In this document: positions 29,091 through 35,801 of the stretch, piece by piece
How the letters are laid out: every line of letters begins with the position of its first letter
How positions within the stretch are numbered: position 1 is the first letter of the stretch
Origin: Bacillota bacterium
GTDB taxonomy: Bacteria; Bacillota_I; Bacilli_A; RF39; UBA660
DNA length: 64,000 nt
Assembly: GCA_015059405.1 (NCBI GenBank)
Contig: SVAL01000001.1
Coordinates: forward strand, 72,032 to 136,031
Reading direction: 5' to 3'
The notes under the pieces: model-generated
Seen by the model: the letters and a program-made list of their open reading frames with translations, nothing else
Databases searched by the model: none
Told to the model about the DNA's origin: nothing
Position numbers and translations under genes: made by a program

Positions 29091-29600
29091 TTATTTACAT
29101 ATTTTATTTATTTCTTTTTTTAATTTATTTATTTCTTCTACTTTAGCATAAATAATAACAGGATGATCTGCTAATATAATAATTAAATCATCTTTTATAA
29201 TTATGTTTTGGATTATATTCCAGTTAAATTTTATTGATGAATCTTTACATATATCAGTAATACCATCTTTTTCTATTAAAATATATTTTCCAGAATTGTT
29301 TTTTTTAAAATTAAAGTAATTTACTATAAAAATATAGGTTGCGATAAAGATTATTCCAGTAAATATTGCAATGGCATTAGTCATGAATTCTATAAATAAT
29401 TGATTTTTGTTAATGGTTGTTAATATTATAGTAAAGATTAATATAACTATATCAATTATAGAAAATTTTATTAAATCATTTGTATATTTATAAGTTTTTT
29501 TATTAGGATTTTTTATAAATTCTTTTTTATTAGCTATAACAGTATAAACTAGATTAAAAGTCTTAAAAGTATTTATATCATTTTTATATTTAAACTTCAT
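29091..29600 (-). CDS. Membrane protein (two central TM helices; YcxB-like architecture)
   Basis: Start moved to the ATG at 29600, behind RBS GAGGTG; the track's TTG at 29612 lies inside that RBS. Architecture resembles 59587-60126. Confidence 0.5.
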   Translation of the reverse strand: MKFKYKNDINTFKTFNLVYTVIANKKEFIKNPNKKTYKYTNDLIKFSIIDIVILIFTIILTTINKNQLFIEFMTNAIAIFTGIIFIATYIFIVNYFNFKKNNSGKYILIEKDGITDICKDSSIKFNWNIIQNIIIKDDLIIILADHPVIIYAKVEEINKLKKEINKICK

Positions 29601-29615
29601 ATTACACCTCAATAA

Positions 29616-29689
29616 TGGTGCCGAATGTGAGAATTGAACTTACCTCTGATCCTTACCAAGGACCTGTTTTACCACTAAACTAATTCGGC
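29616..29689 (-). tRNA. tRNA-Thr (anticodon GGU)
   Basis: Reverse complement GCCGAAT-TA-GTTT-AGTGGTA-AAAC-A-GGTCC-TTGGTAA-GGATC-AGAG-GTAAG-TTCAATT-CTCAC-ATTCGGC-A-CCA folds as a cloverleaf with a 7-bp acceptor stem, one A-C mismatch in the T stem and an encoded CCA. Confidence 0.8.
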
Positions 29690-29697
29690 ATATTTAA

Positions 29698-29706
29698 ATT
29701 ATAACA
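29698..29706 (-). promoter_or_regulatory. Extended -10 promoter (TGTTATAAT on the minus strand) for tRNA-Thr
   Basis: The reverse complement of attataaca is TGTTATAAT; it ends ~8 nt upstream of the tRNA 5' end. Confidence 0.5.
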
Positions 29707-29746
29707 TATTATATTTAGTTTTGGACATATTAATACTGGTGATAAT

Positions 29747-30484
29747 ATGAAAATTTTGATTACTGGTGGTACTAGTGGAATTGGCTTTTTAACTGGATGT
29801 GTTTTATCTAGTCGTGGTCATGATGTTGTTTTTACTGTTAAAACAGAAAATGAAGTTAGTTTGTTAAAGGAAAAAGTTGCTTTTTTAGATTTGTCCATCT
29901 CAATCTTAAAATTAGATATTACTAATGATATTGATGTTAATGATATAAAATCTATTTTAAAGGATGTTGATGTTTTATTTTTACACGCTGGAATTGGGAA
30001 TATAGGTTTTTTAAATAATATGAATATAGATAGTTTAAAAGAGGTTTTTGATGTTAATTTTTTTTCTAATTTAAGACTTATTCAATTATTTGTTAATGGT
30101 TATGATAATAAAAAAGTAGTTATGACTTCTTCTTTATTGTCTGGGAAGACACTTCCTTTTTTTTCTAGTTATTCTATGTCTAAAAAATGTATTGATATTA
30201 TGATTAAGACTCTTAGAAAAGAAAATATTTTCAATAATAATAGTTTTGTATTAATAAAACCGGGGGCTTATCATACTGGTTTTAATCAATATATGGTTTT
30301 ATCTGGAGAAAAAAATGGAATTAATAATAATATTTTATTACTTTTAGATAAAATGTTTTTATGTTTTGAAGAAAAAAATATTAATTCAATCGTCTATAAA
30401 ATAGTTATAGCAATAGAAAAGGGTAATAATTCTAATTATTATGCACCATTTTATCAAAGAATATTTATGTCTTTGGTTAATTGA
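29747..30484 (+). CDS. Short-chain dehydrogenase/reductase (SDR) family oxidoreductase
   Basis: 'ILITGGTSGIGF' (TGxxxGxG) and the catalytic 'YSMSKK' (YxxxK). Confidence 0.75.
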   Translation: MKILITGGTSGIGFLTGCVLSSRGHDVVFTVKTENEVSLLKEKVAFLDLSISILKLDITNDIDVNDIKSILKDVDVLFLHAGIGNIGFLNNMNIDSLKEVFDVNFFSNLRLIQLFVNGYDNKKVVMTSSLLSGKTLPFFSSYSMSKKCIDIMIKTLRKENIFNNNSFVLIKPGAYHTGFNQYMVLSGEKNGINNNILLLLDKMFLCFEEKNINSIVYKIVIAIEKGNNSNYYAPFYQRIFMSLVN

Positions 30485-30542
30485 AAATTGACTTTTGATT
30501 CCTCTTATAGTATTATAAAAAATAAATTTAGGGGGAATTTAT

Positions 30543-31400
30543 ATGAACTTATTAGTTATTTTTTTACAAGTATTACTTACTATACCTTTATTTTGTATTT
30601 TAGAGTATTTTAATAAGAAAAATATATCTACTATCCAAAAGATTTTAATACCAGTTATTTATATAGTTATATTATCTGGATTATGTAGTGAGATTAAGTC
30701 TAATATTTATTTGGTAGTTATTTTTGAAGTTATTTTACATAATTTTTATACTAATAATATTATTAATAAAGATATTTTAGTAAATAAAAAGGATTATTTT
30801 ATTAATTCTTTAATTAGTATTATTTTATCTATTGGTATATATGATTATTATATTTCTAAAGTAGATTATATATTTCCTTTAGCTAGTGAATTTAGAAGTT
30901 TATTATGGTTTTTAATAATAATATTTATATATAATTTATTTAAGAGTAATATAGTTAAAAATGAAAATACTAAAAAGAGTAATTTTATTGAGAGAAAAAG
31001 GGAATATGTAGTTGTAATGTATGCGAAACTAAAAAATAAATATTATAAATTAGTAAAGAGTAAAGATTCTATTATAAATAGACTTATTTATTCAATAATG
31101 GTTTATGAAAATTATAAAACTCCTGGTTTTTGTAGAAAAATTAATGTTATAAAAAATAGATTTATTAGAAAAGAATGTAAATATGGAATTATGCAAGTAG
31201 AGTCTACAAGTGAAATAGATGATGAAAAGAGTATTAAATTAAGTATAACTAAGTTAGAAAAAGATTATACTAAATTAGATAAGAAACTTAAAGAAATAGA
31301 TATATTAAAAGCATTACTTAGTGATAAATATTCTAAGAAAGAAGAAGTTAATGATATTATAGATGTTTATAATGAAATTAAAGAATTTGAAAATAGATAA
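30543..31400 (+). CDS. Polytopic membrane protein with a soluble C-terminal domain
   Basis: About 4-5 N-terminal TM helices. The C-terminal 'VYENYKTPGF...KYGIMQVES' weakly recalls the lytic transglycosylase (SLT) E...GLMQ pattern; this is very tentative. Confidence 0.45.
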   Translation: MNLLVIFLQVLLTIPLFCILEYFNKKNISTIQKILIPVIYIVILSGLCSEIKSNIYLVVIFEVILHNFYTNNIINKDILVNKKDYFINSLISIILSIGIYDYYISKVDYIFPLASEFRSLLWFLIIIFIYNLFKSNIVKNENTKKSNFIERKREYVVVMYAKLKNKYYKLVKSKDSIINRLIYSIMVYENYKTPGFCRKINVIKNRFIRKECKYGIMQVESTSEIDDEKSIKLSITKLEKDYTKLDKKLKEIDILKALLSDKYSKKEEVNDIIDVYNEIKEFENR

Positions 31401-31426
31401 TAAATTAATTTAATTTTAAAAAGTAA

Positions 31427-31455
31427 TTGACAAATTATTTTAAATATGATTAAAT
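31427..31455 (+). promoter_or_regulatory. Promoter for tRNA-Met (consensus -35 TTGACA plus TG-extended -10)
   Basis: TTGACA at 31427-31432, a 17-nt spacer ending in TGA, then TTAAAT at 31450-31455. The tRNA starts at 31468. Confidence 0.55.
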
Positions 31456-31467
31456 TAATTTTGTCAT

Positions 31468-31544
31468 GGCGATGTAGCTCAGCTGGCTAGAGCGCCTGGT
31501 TCATACCCAGGAGGTCGGGGGTTCGATCCCCTCCGTCGCTACCA
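31468..31544 (+). tRNA. tRNA-Met (anticodon CAU; elongator-like, though an Ile2-lysidine tRNA cannot be excluded)
   Basis: GGCGATGTAGCTCAGCTGGCTAGAGCGCCTGGTTCATACCCAGGAGGTCGGGGGTTCGATCCCCTCCGTCGCTACCA. The anticodon loop is TTCATAC. A paired G1-C72 argues against an initiator tRNA. Confidence 0.9.
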
Positions 31545-31553
31545 TATGATATT

Positions 31554-31580
31554 AACTAGATAGAGATATCTAGTTTTTTT
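31554..31580 (+). terminator. Intrinsic terminator after tRNA-Met
   Basis: aactagata-gaga-tatctagtt: 9-bp stem followed by a T7 run. Confidence 0.8.
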
Positions 31581-31591
31581 GTGTTTTTATA

Positions 31592-31620
31592 TTGAACAAA
31601 TGTACTATTCACAATATAAT
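31592..31620 (+). promoter_or_regulatory. Near-consensus sigma-A type promoter with no obvious gene
   Basis: TTGAAC (31592-31597), an exact 17-nt spacer, then TATAAT (31615-31620). Confidence 0.55.
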
Positions 31621-31626
31621 ACTTTT

Positions 31627-31746
31627 ATATTAAATAGTTTTCCTGATATTTATATGACAATTTATATGATAGGGTGTATTTCTAGAGGCAAAATAGAAAT
31701 ATGCATGATGCGGAGATACTTATTTGAAATAAGTATCTCTTTTTTT
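31627..31746 (+). ncRNA. Candidate ~120-nt small RNA, an orphan promoter-to-terminator unit
   Basis: The predicted TSS lies ~7 nt after the -10 box. The unit ends in an 11-bp hairpin (gagatacttat / ataagtatctc, 31713-31739) plus a T7 run (31740-31746). No RBS-preceded ORF lies inside. Confidence 0.3.
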
Positions 31747-32080
31747 ATTATTTTTAAATGAAATAATAGAAAAAGAAATTATTATAATTGATAATTATGC
31801 TGGTAAAGAGTTGTTGGATATTTTAAAAGATTTAGATAAAAATATAATAATTGTTTCTAAAAATATTAGTGAAAAACTAAATAAAAAATATATGAAACAA
31901 TATAATAATGTGAAGTTTATAGATAATGATTTGTTTCATGATCGTTTTGTAATTATTGATAGATATTATTTGTATTCTAGTGGCGCTTCTTTTAAGGATT
32001 TAGGTAAGAAGTGTTTTGTTGTTAATGAGTTTAGGGATAAATATTATTTAGATAGAATATTAAGTGAAATTGGGGTTTGA
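31733..32080 (+). pseudogene. Probable 5'-truncated gene remnant; only the C-terminal part of a protein ending '...HDRFVIIDRYYLYSSGASFKDLGKKCFVVNEF...' survives
   Basis: The frame is open back to 31733, inside the upstream terminator hairpin, and encodes '..EIIEKEIIIIDNYAGKELLDIL'. It has no in-frame ATG or GTG and no RBS; the only candidate start is the TTG at 31811. Confidence 0.4.
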
Positions 32081-32131
32081 TAGTTTTGTTTTATTTGATA
32101 TACTGATATTAGATGATAGTGGGGATGTAGT

Positions 32132-33979
32132 ATGAGTAGTAATATTTCATTTGATATTAAGGAAATTGATAATAAAGAGTATGGGAATAAATATCATGTT
32201 TCTATAAGAGTTCCAATGTCATATGGTTGGATTGATGATATGAGGATGGTTTTTGAAGATAGAGGTAGTGTTTTTGGATATAAGTTAAAACATATAAAAA
32301 ATGAGGATGGATATGTTTATTTTGAAGGTGATATACCGTTAGAAACACGTGCGATATATAGATATTATTTTTCTTATTATGTTAATGGATTTTTAAACTT
32401 TCATAAGAAAGAAGATATTGGTCAGAAAGATTCTATATACCGAGATGAAATGTGGAAGATGAGTGTTAATTTTGATACACCAGAATGGGCTAAGGGAAAG
32501 ATTATGTATCATATTTTTGTTGATAGATTTAATCGTGGTAGTAATAATGAACTTGTAGAAATGCCTAGGCGACATATTCATAAGTCATGGGATGAAGATA
32601 TGATGATTGGACCAGATAAAGAAGGTATTTGGAATAATGATTTTTATGGTGGTGATTTGAAGGGAATAATTGAAAAGTTAGACTATATAAAATCATTAGG
32701 AGTTAGTATTTTGTATTTAAGTCCGATTGTTCATAGTCAATCTAACCATCGTTATGATACTGCTGATTATGAAAATGTTGATCCATATGCTGGTAGTAAT
32801 GAAGATTTGAAAATATTATGCAATAAGGCTCATGAGATGGGAATGAAAGTTGTTTTAGATGCAGTTTTTAATCATACTGGTAATGATAGTAAATATTTTA
32901 ATGAATATGGTACTTTTGATACTGTAGGTGCTTTTAATAATTTTTCTTCTCCATATTCGCCTTTTTATAGAAAATATTATGCTAATAATAGAGTATATTA
33001 TGATTATTGGTGGGGAATGACAAATCTTCCGGTATGTGATGGTTATTCCAAAGAATGGCAAGAATATATATTAGGTGTTGACGGAGTTATTGATAAGTGG
33101 TTTAAGTTGGGAATAGATGGTTTAAGGTTAGATGTTGCTGATGAACTTACTGATGATTTTATTGAAAAGATTAGAATTGCTGTAAAAAGAAATAAAGAAG
33201 ATGGATTTATTTTGGGTGAAGTATGGAAAAATCCAATGCGAATGAATAGGGGATATTTAGATAGTGGTAAGGGAATGGATTCAGTTATGAATTATCCTCT
33301 TGTAGATGCTTTAATTAGATATTTTAAATATGGGGATGTAGATAAACTTGCTTATATAATTCGTGATATTAAGAATGAATATCCAGATGATACAATTCAT
33401 ACTTTGATGAATTTTACTTCAACTCATGATATTACTCGTCCGTTAAATGTATTTGGAAGTAATGAATTTAGCCCTTATAGTGAGTGGGCATGGAATCCTA
33501 ATTGTAGTGAAGTTGATTTTTGTAAAAAGTTTAAGTTAAGTGCTTCACAATATGAAAATGGAAAAGATATATATAAAGCTTTTGTTTTTGCTCTTGCTAC
33601 TATGCCAGGTATTTTATCTATTTTTTATGGTGATGAAGTTGGTGTTCAAGGACTTGGTAATTTAGCTAATAGAAAACCTTATCCATGGGGAAGAGAGGAT
33701 GATGATTTATTATCTTTTTTTAGAAGTATTACTAATTTTAGAGTTAATGAACATTTTTTAGAAAAAGCAAATTTAAATGTTTTAGATATTAATAATAATT
33801 ATTTTATGTATGAAAGGTATTTAGATAAAGATAAAAGTTTATTTGTAGTTAATAGGACTCCTACATATCAAGAATTTAGTATTCCGACTGAGTTTAAGGA
33901 TGGGGAAGTTAGTTATACTCTAAAGAAATCTAAAAAAGGTATTTTAGCTCCTTATGGTGCTGTTTCTATAAAAAAATAA
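32132..33979 (+). CDS. Glycoside hydrolase family 13 alpha-glucosidase/amylase (neopullulanase / cyclomaltodextrinase-like)
   Basis: All four GH13 conserved regions are present: 'VLDAVFNHTG', 'GIDGLRLDVADEL', 'FILGEVW' and 'NFTSTHD'. Confidence 0.85.
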   Translation: MSSNISFDIKEIDNKEYGNKYHVSIRVPMSYGWIDDMRMVFEDRGSVFGYKLKHIKNEDGYVYFEGDIPLETRAIYRYYFSYYVNGFLNFHKKEDIGQKDSIYRDEMWKMSVNFDTPEWAKGKIMYHIFVDRFNRGSNNELVEMPRRHIHKSWDEDMMIGPDKEGIWNNDFYGGDLKGIIEKLDYIKSLGVSILYLSPIVHSQSNHRYDTADYENVDPYAGSNEDLKILCNKAHEMGMKVVLDAVFNHTGNDSKYFNEYGTFDTVGAFNNFSSPYSPFYRKYYANNRVYYDYWWGMTNLPVCDGYSKEWQEYILGVDGVIDKWFKLGIDGLRLDVADELTDDFIEKIRIAVKRNKEDGFILGEVWKNPMRMNRGYLDSGKGMDSVMNYPLVDALIRYFKYGDVDKLAYIIRDIKNEYPDDTIHTLMNFTSTHDITRPLNVFGSNEFSPYSEWAWNPNCSEVDFCKKFKLSASQYENGKDIYKAFVFALATMPGILSIFYGDEVGVQGLGNLANRKPYPWGREDDDLLSFFRSITNFRVNEHFLEKANLNVLDINNNYFMYERYLDKDKSLFVVNRTPTYQEFSIPTEFKDGEVSYTLKKSKKGILAPYGAVSIKK

Positions 33980-34032
33980 TTTTATTTATTATATATTTAT
34001 GTTATTATTTAATTATGATAGGAGGTTATCTT

Positions 34033-34362
34033 ATGGGATTTTTTAGTAATTTATTTAAAACAAAAAGTGAAGTAGAAGAAGATTATATGTCTACATCTTA
34101 TTTAATACCAGCATATTTTTCTGGATTTCCTATATATCAAAAGAAAATTGTTTCTCCACCTGAAGAAAAAATTACTGATAGATATAATCGTTTAGAAATA
34201 TATTATTCAGGTAAACCTTTAAAGGAATATATTGAATTATTACAACAACAAGGTTTTGTTAGGGAAACTGATGTTAGGTTTAATAAGGGACATAATTGTT
34301 ATGTTATAGTTGAAAAATTATATGGTAATAAAACAAAAATAGCTTATCATATTGCTAGATAA
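34033..34362 (+). CDS. Hypothetical protein (109 aa)
   Basis: Start moved to the ATG at 34033, behind RBS AGGAGG (34021-34026). Convergent with the RT gene; the two stop codons are 1 nt apart. Confidence 0.5.
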   Translation: MGFFSNLFKTKSEVEEDYMSTSYLIPAYFSGFPIYQKKIVSPPEEKITDRYNRLEIYYSGKPLKEYIELLQQQGFVRETDVRFNKGHNCYVIVEKLYGNKTKIAYHIAR

Positions 34363-34365
34363 GCT
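34341..34365. terminator. Bidirectional hairpin spanning both convergent stop codons
   Basis: agcttatc-N9-gataagct: 8-bp stem with T-rich tracts on both strands (attttttcttttt on +, atttttgtttt on -). Confidence 0.45.
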
Positions 34366-35560
34366 ATTTTTTCTTTTTGTCTTTATAGTATTCATTTATT
34401 AATGATTTATAATTACATTTTTTTAATAATTCATAAGGGACTTTTTCATAGTTCTTTTTATTATGTTTTCCTGTAATTAAATATCTCAATTCTTGTTGCA
34501 TATATTCATCTATTATTTTTAATGATTTATCAGTATTAATAGTTGGAAAATACCAATATTTCCATGAGAGTTCATTTTCTTCTTTACCAAAAAATTTTTT
34601 ATTAAATTTTTTAGTCATTGTTTTTATTGCTGATTCTTGTTTAACATTTTTCTTTAGCATCCATCTTCTTATGCTTTTAGAACTTCTTTTGATTTTCTTT
34701 TTTATTTTTGTTAAGGAATTACTGCTTATATCAATTTCGTTTGATTGGATAGAAAATCCTAAATATTCTATTTTATTATTTGGCAGATAAAATATTTCTT
34801 TTTCTTTATTTATATTTAATTTTTTTGTATTTAAAAACTCTTTTATTATAGTTATGTATTTATTTAAATTGTCTTGATTATCTGAAAATATTATGATGTC
34901 ATCGGCGTATCTAAAATAATTTATATTATTATCATAAAAATATTTATCCATATCTTTTAAATAATAATTGGCTAAAAATGATGAGATTGGAACTCCCGCC
35001 ATAATACCTTTTTCTTCATTAATAATTTCATCTTTATATATTATTTGTTTATTTTCTAATAATAATTTAAATAATTTATATAATTTTTGATCATCTAAAT
35101 CTTTTTTTAAATCTTTTAGTAATATTTTGGTATCAACACTATTGAAATAGTTTTCAATATCTAATTTATATCCATATTTTTGATTAGGTTTAATTTTTAT
35201 TAAATCATTAATTGCGTTTTTGACAGATTTATTTTGTCTAAATGAATATAGATTTGGAGTAAATAAATAATCATATTTATATAATAAAAAAGTTAAATAT
35301 TTTAAGATATATGTTTCTTCTTTATTATATTGATATACAATTCTTTTTTTATTTTTCTTTATTTTATTAATTATAGTTTTTTTAGGTATTGAAAATACAT
35401 AATTATTATTTTGTATTTTTTTTATGATTTGTTTTACATTTTGATCATCTTTAAGTTTTTGATAATCTTTTATTTCTTTTTTAGAAAATGTATTTTTTGT
35501 TTTATGAATGATAAATTTATCTAAGTATATATTATTATCTAATAAGTCTATTAAACTCAT
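34364..35560 (-). CDS. Free-standing reverse transcriptase (RNA-directed DNA polymerase) with fingers, palm and a helical thumb/maturase-like tail; no endonuclease or other fused domain
   Basis: RT motifs appear in order: 'KRIVYQY' (1), 'YSFRQNKSVKNAI' (2), 'YGYKLDIENYFNSVD' (A), 'KGIMAGVPISSFLANYYL' (B), 'YFRYADDIIIFS' (C, YADD), 'LNINKEKEIF' (6), 'IEYLGFSI' (7). The C-terminal 'SWKYWYFP...LKIIDEYMQQELRYLITGK' is thumb/X-domain-like. RBS GGTGGTG. Confidence 0.85.
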   Translation of the reverse strand: MSLIDLLDNNIYLDKFIIHKTKNTFSKKEIKDYQKLKDDQNVKQIIKKIQNNNYVFSIPKKTIINKIKKNKKRIVYQYNKEETYILKYLTFLLYKYDYLFTPNLYSFRQNKSVKNAINDLIKIKPNQKYGYKLDIENYFNSVDTKILLKDLKKDLDDQKLYKLFKLLLENKQIIYKDEIINEEKGIMAGVPISSFLANYYLKDMDKYFYDNNINYFRYADDIIIFSDNQDNLNKYITIIKEFLNTKKLNINKEKEIFYLPNNKIEYLGFSIQSNEIDISSNSLTKIKKKIKRSSKSIRRWMLKKNVKQESAIKTMTKKFNKKFFGKEENELSWKYWYFPTINTDKSLKIIDEYMQQELRYLITGKHNKKNYEKVPYELLKKCNYKSLINEYYKDKKKK

Positions 35561-35578
35561 AAGTTACACCACCAAATA

Positions 35579-35715
35579 TGAGGTAGAATTCTCTTTTGAG
35601 AATAATATAATATTTATTATATTATATCGACTAGACTAAATATATTAAGATTACCTGCACAATCATTTTTATAATATACTTCATCCTTTGCAGGTGTTTA
35701 AAAACATCTACCTCA
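35579..35715 (-). ncRNA. Candidate structured non-coding RNA upstream of the RT (retron msr-msd-like or DRT-type ncRNA)
   Basis: On the minus strand the 5' UGAGGUAGA (35715 to 35707) and 3' UCUACCUCA (35587 to 35579) form a perfect 9-nt inverted repeat. Inside it are a 7-bp hairpin (35653-35659 / 35689-35695), a 10-bp A/T hairpin (35602-35611 / 35616-25) and a 6-bp hairpin (35588-93 / 35598-603). The region lies between a promoter and the RT RBS. Confidence 0.45.
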
Positions 35716-35720
35716 AAAAA

Positions 35721-35729
35721 ATTATATCA
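35721..35729 (-). promoter_or_regulatory. Extended -10 promoter (TGATATAAT on the minus strand) driving the ncRNA-RT transcript
   Basis: The reverse complement of attatatca is TGATATAAT. Five T residues separate it from the first inverted-repeat arm, which puts the predicted TSS at ~35714-35713. Confidence 0.5.
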
Positions 35730-35801
35730 TATAAAAGAAAAATATTTAAAAATAAAATATTTTATGGTAGTCTAATAAGTATATTATTTACTGGGGTGAT
35801 T

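Noticed and set aside
31579-31761. 60-aa ORF (GTG start) between tRNA-Met and the gene remnant.
   Set aside because: Its start lies upstream of the only promoter in the region, it has no RBS, and it reads through an 11-bp terminator stem. The region is treated instead as a possible sRNA or stranded leader.
35579-35715. Whether the upstream RNA could template a DRT2-style concatemeric 'never-ending' ORF.
   Set aside because: The repeat-bracketed segment contains TAA, TAG or TGA triplets in every frame on both strands, so tandem cDNA copies could not encode a stop-free ORF.
34364-35800. Whether the RT is the intron-encoded protein of a group II intron.
   Set aside because: The RT stop is 1 nt from a convergent gene, leaving no room for domains V and VI. 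Only ~245 nt lie upstream before the next gene, too short for domains I-III. No GUGYG 5' end or domain V-like GC-rich hairpin is visible.
35688-35801. N-terminal extension (TTG start) of the acidic protein ORF given in the track.
   Set aside because: The extension overlaps the RT promoter and the 5' inverted-repeat arm and has no RBS. The ATG at 35802 is preceded by GGGGTGA at proper spacing.
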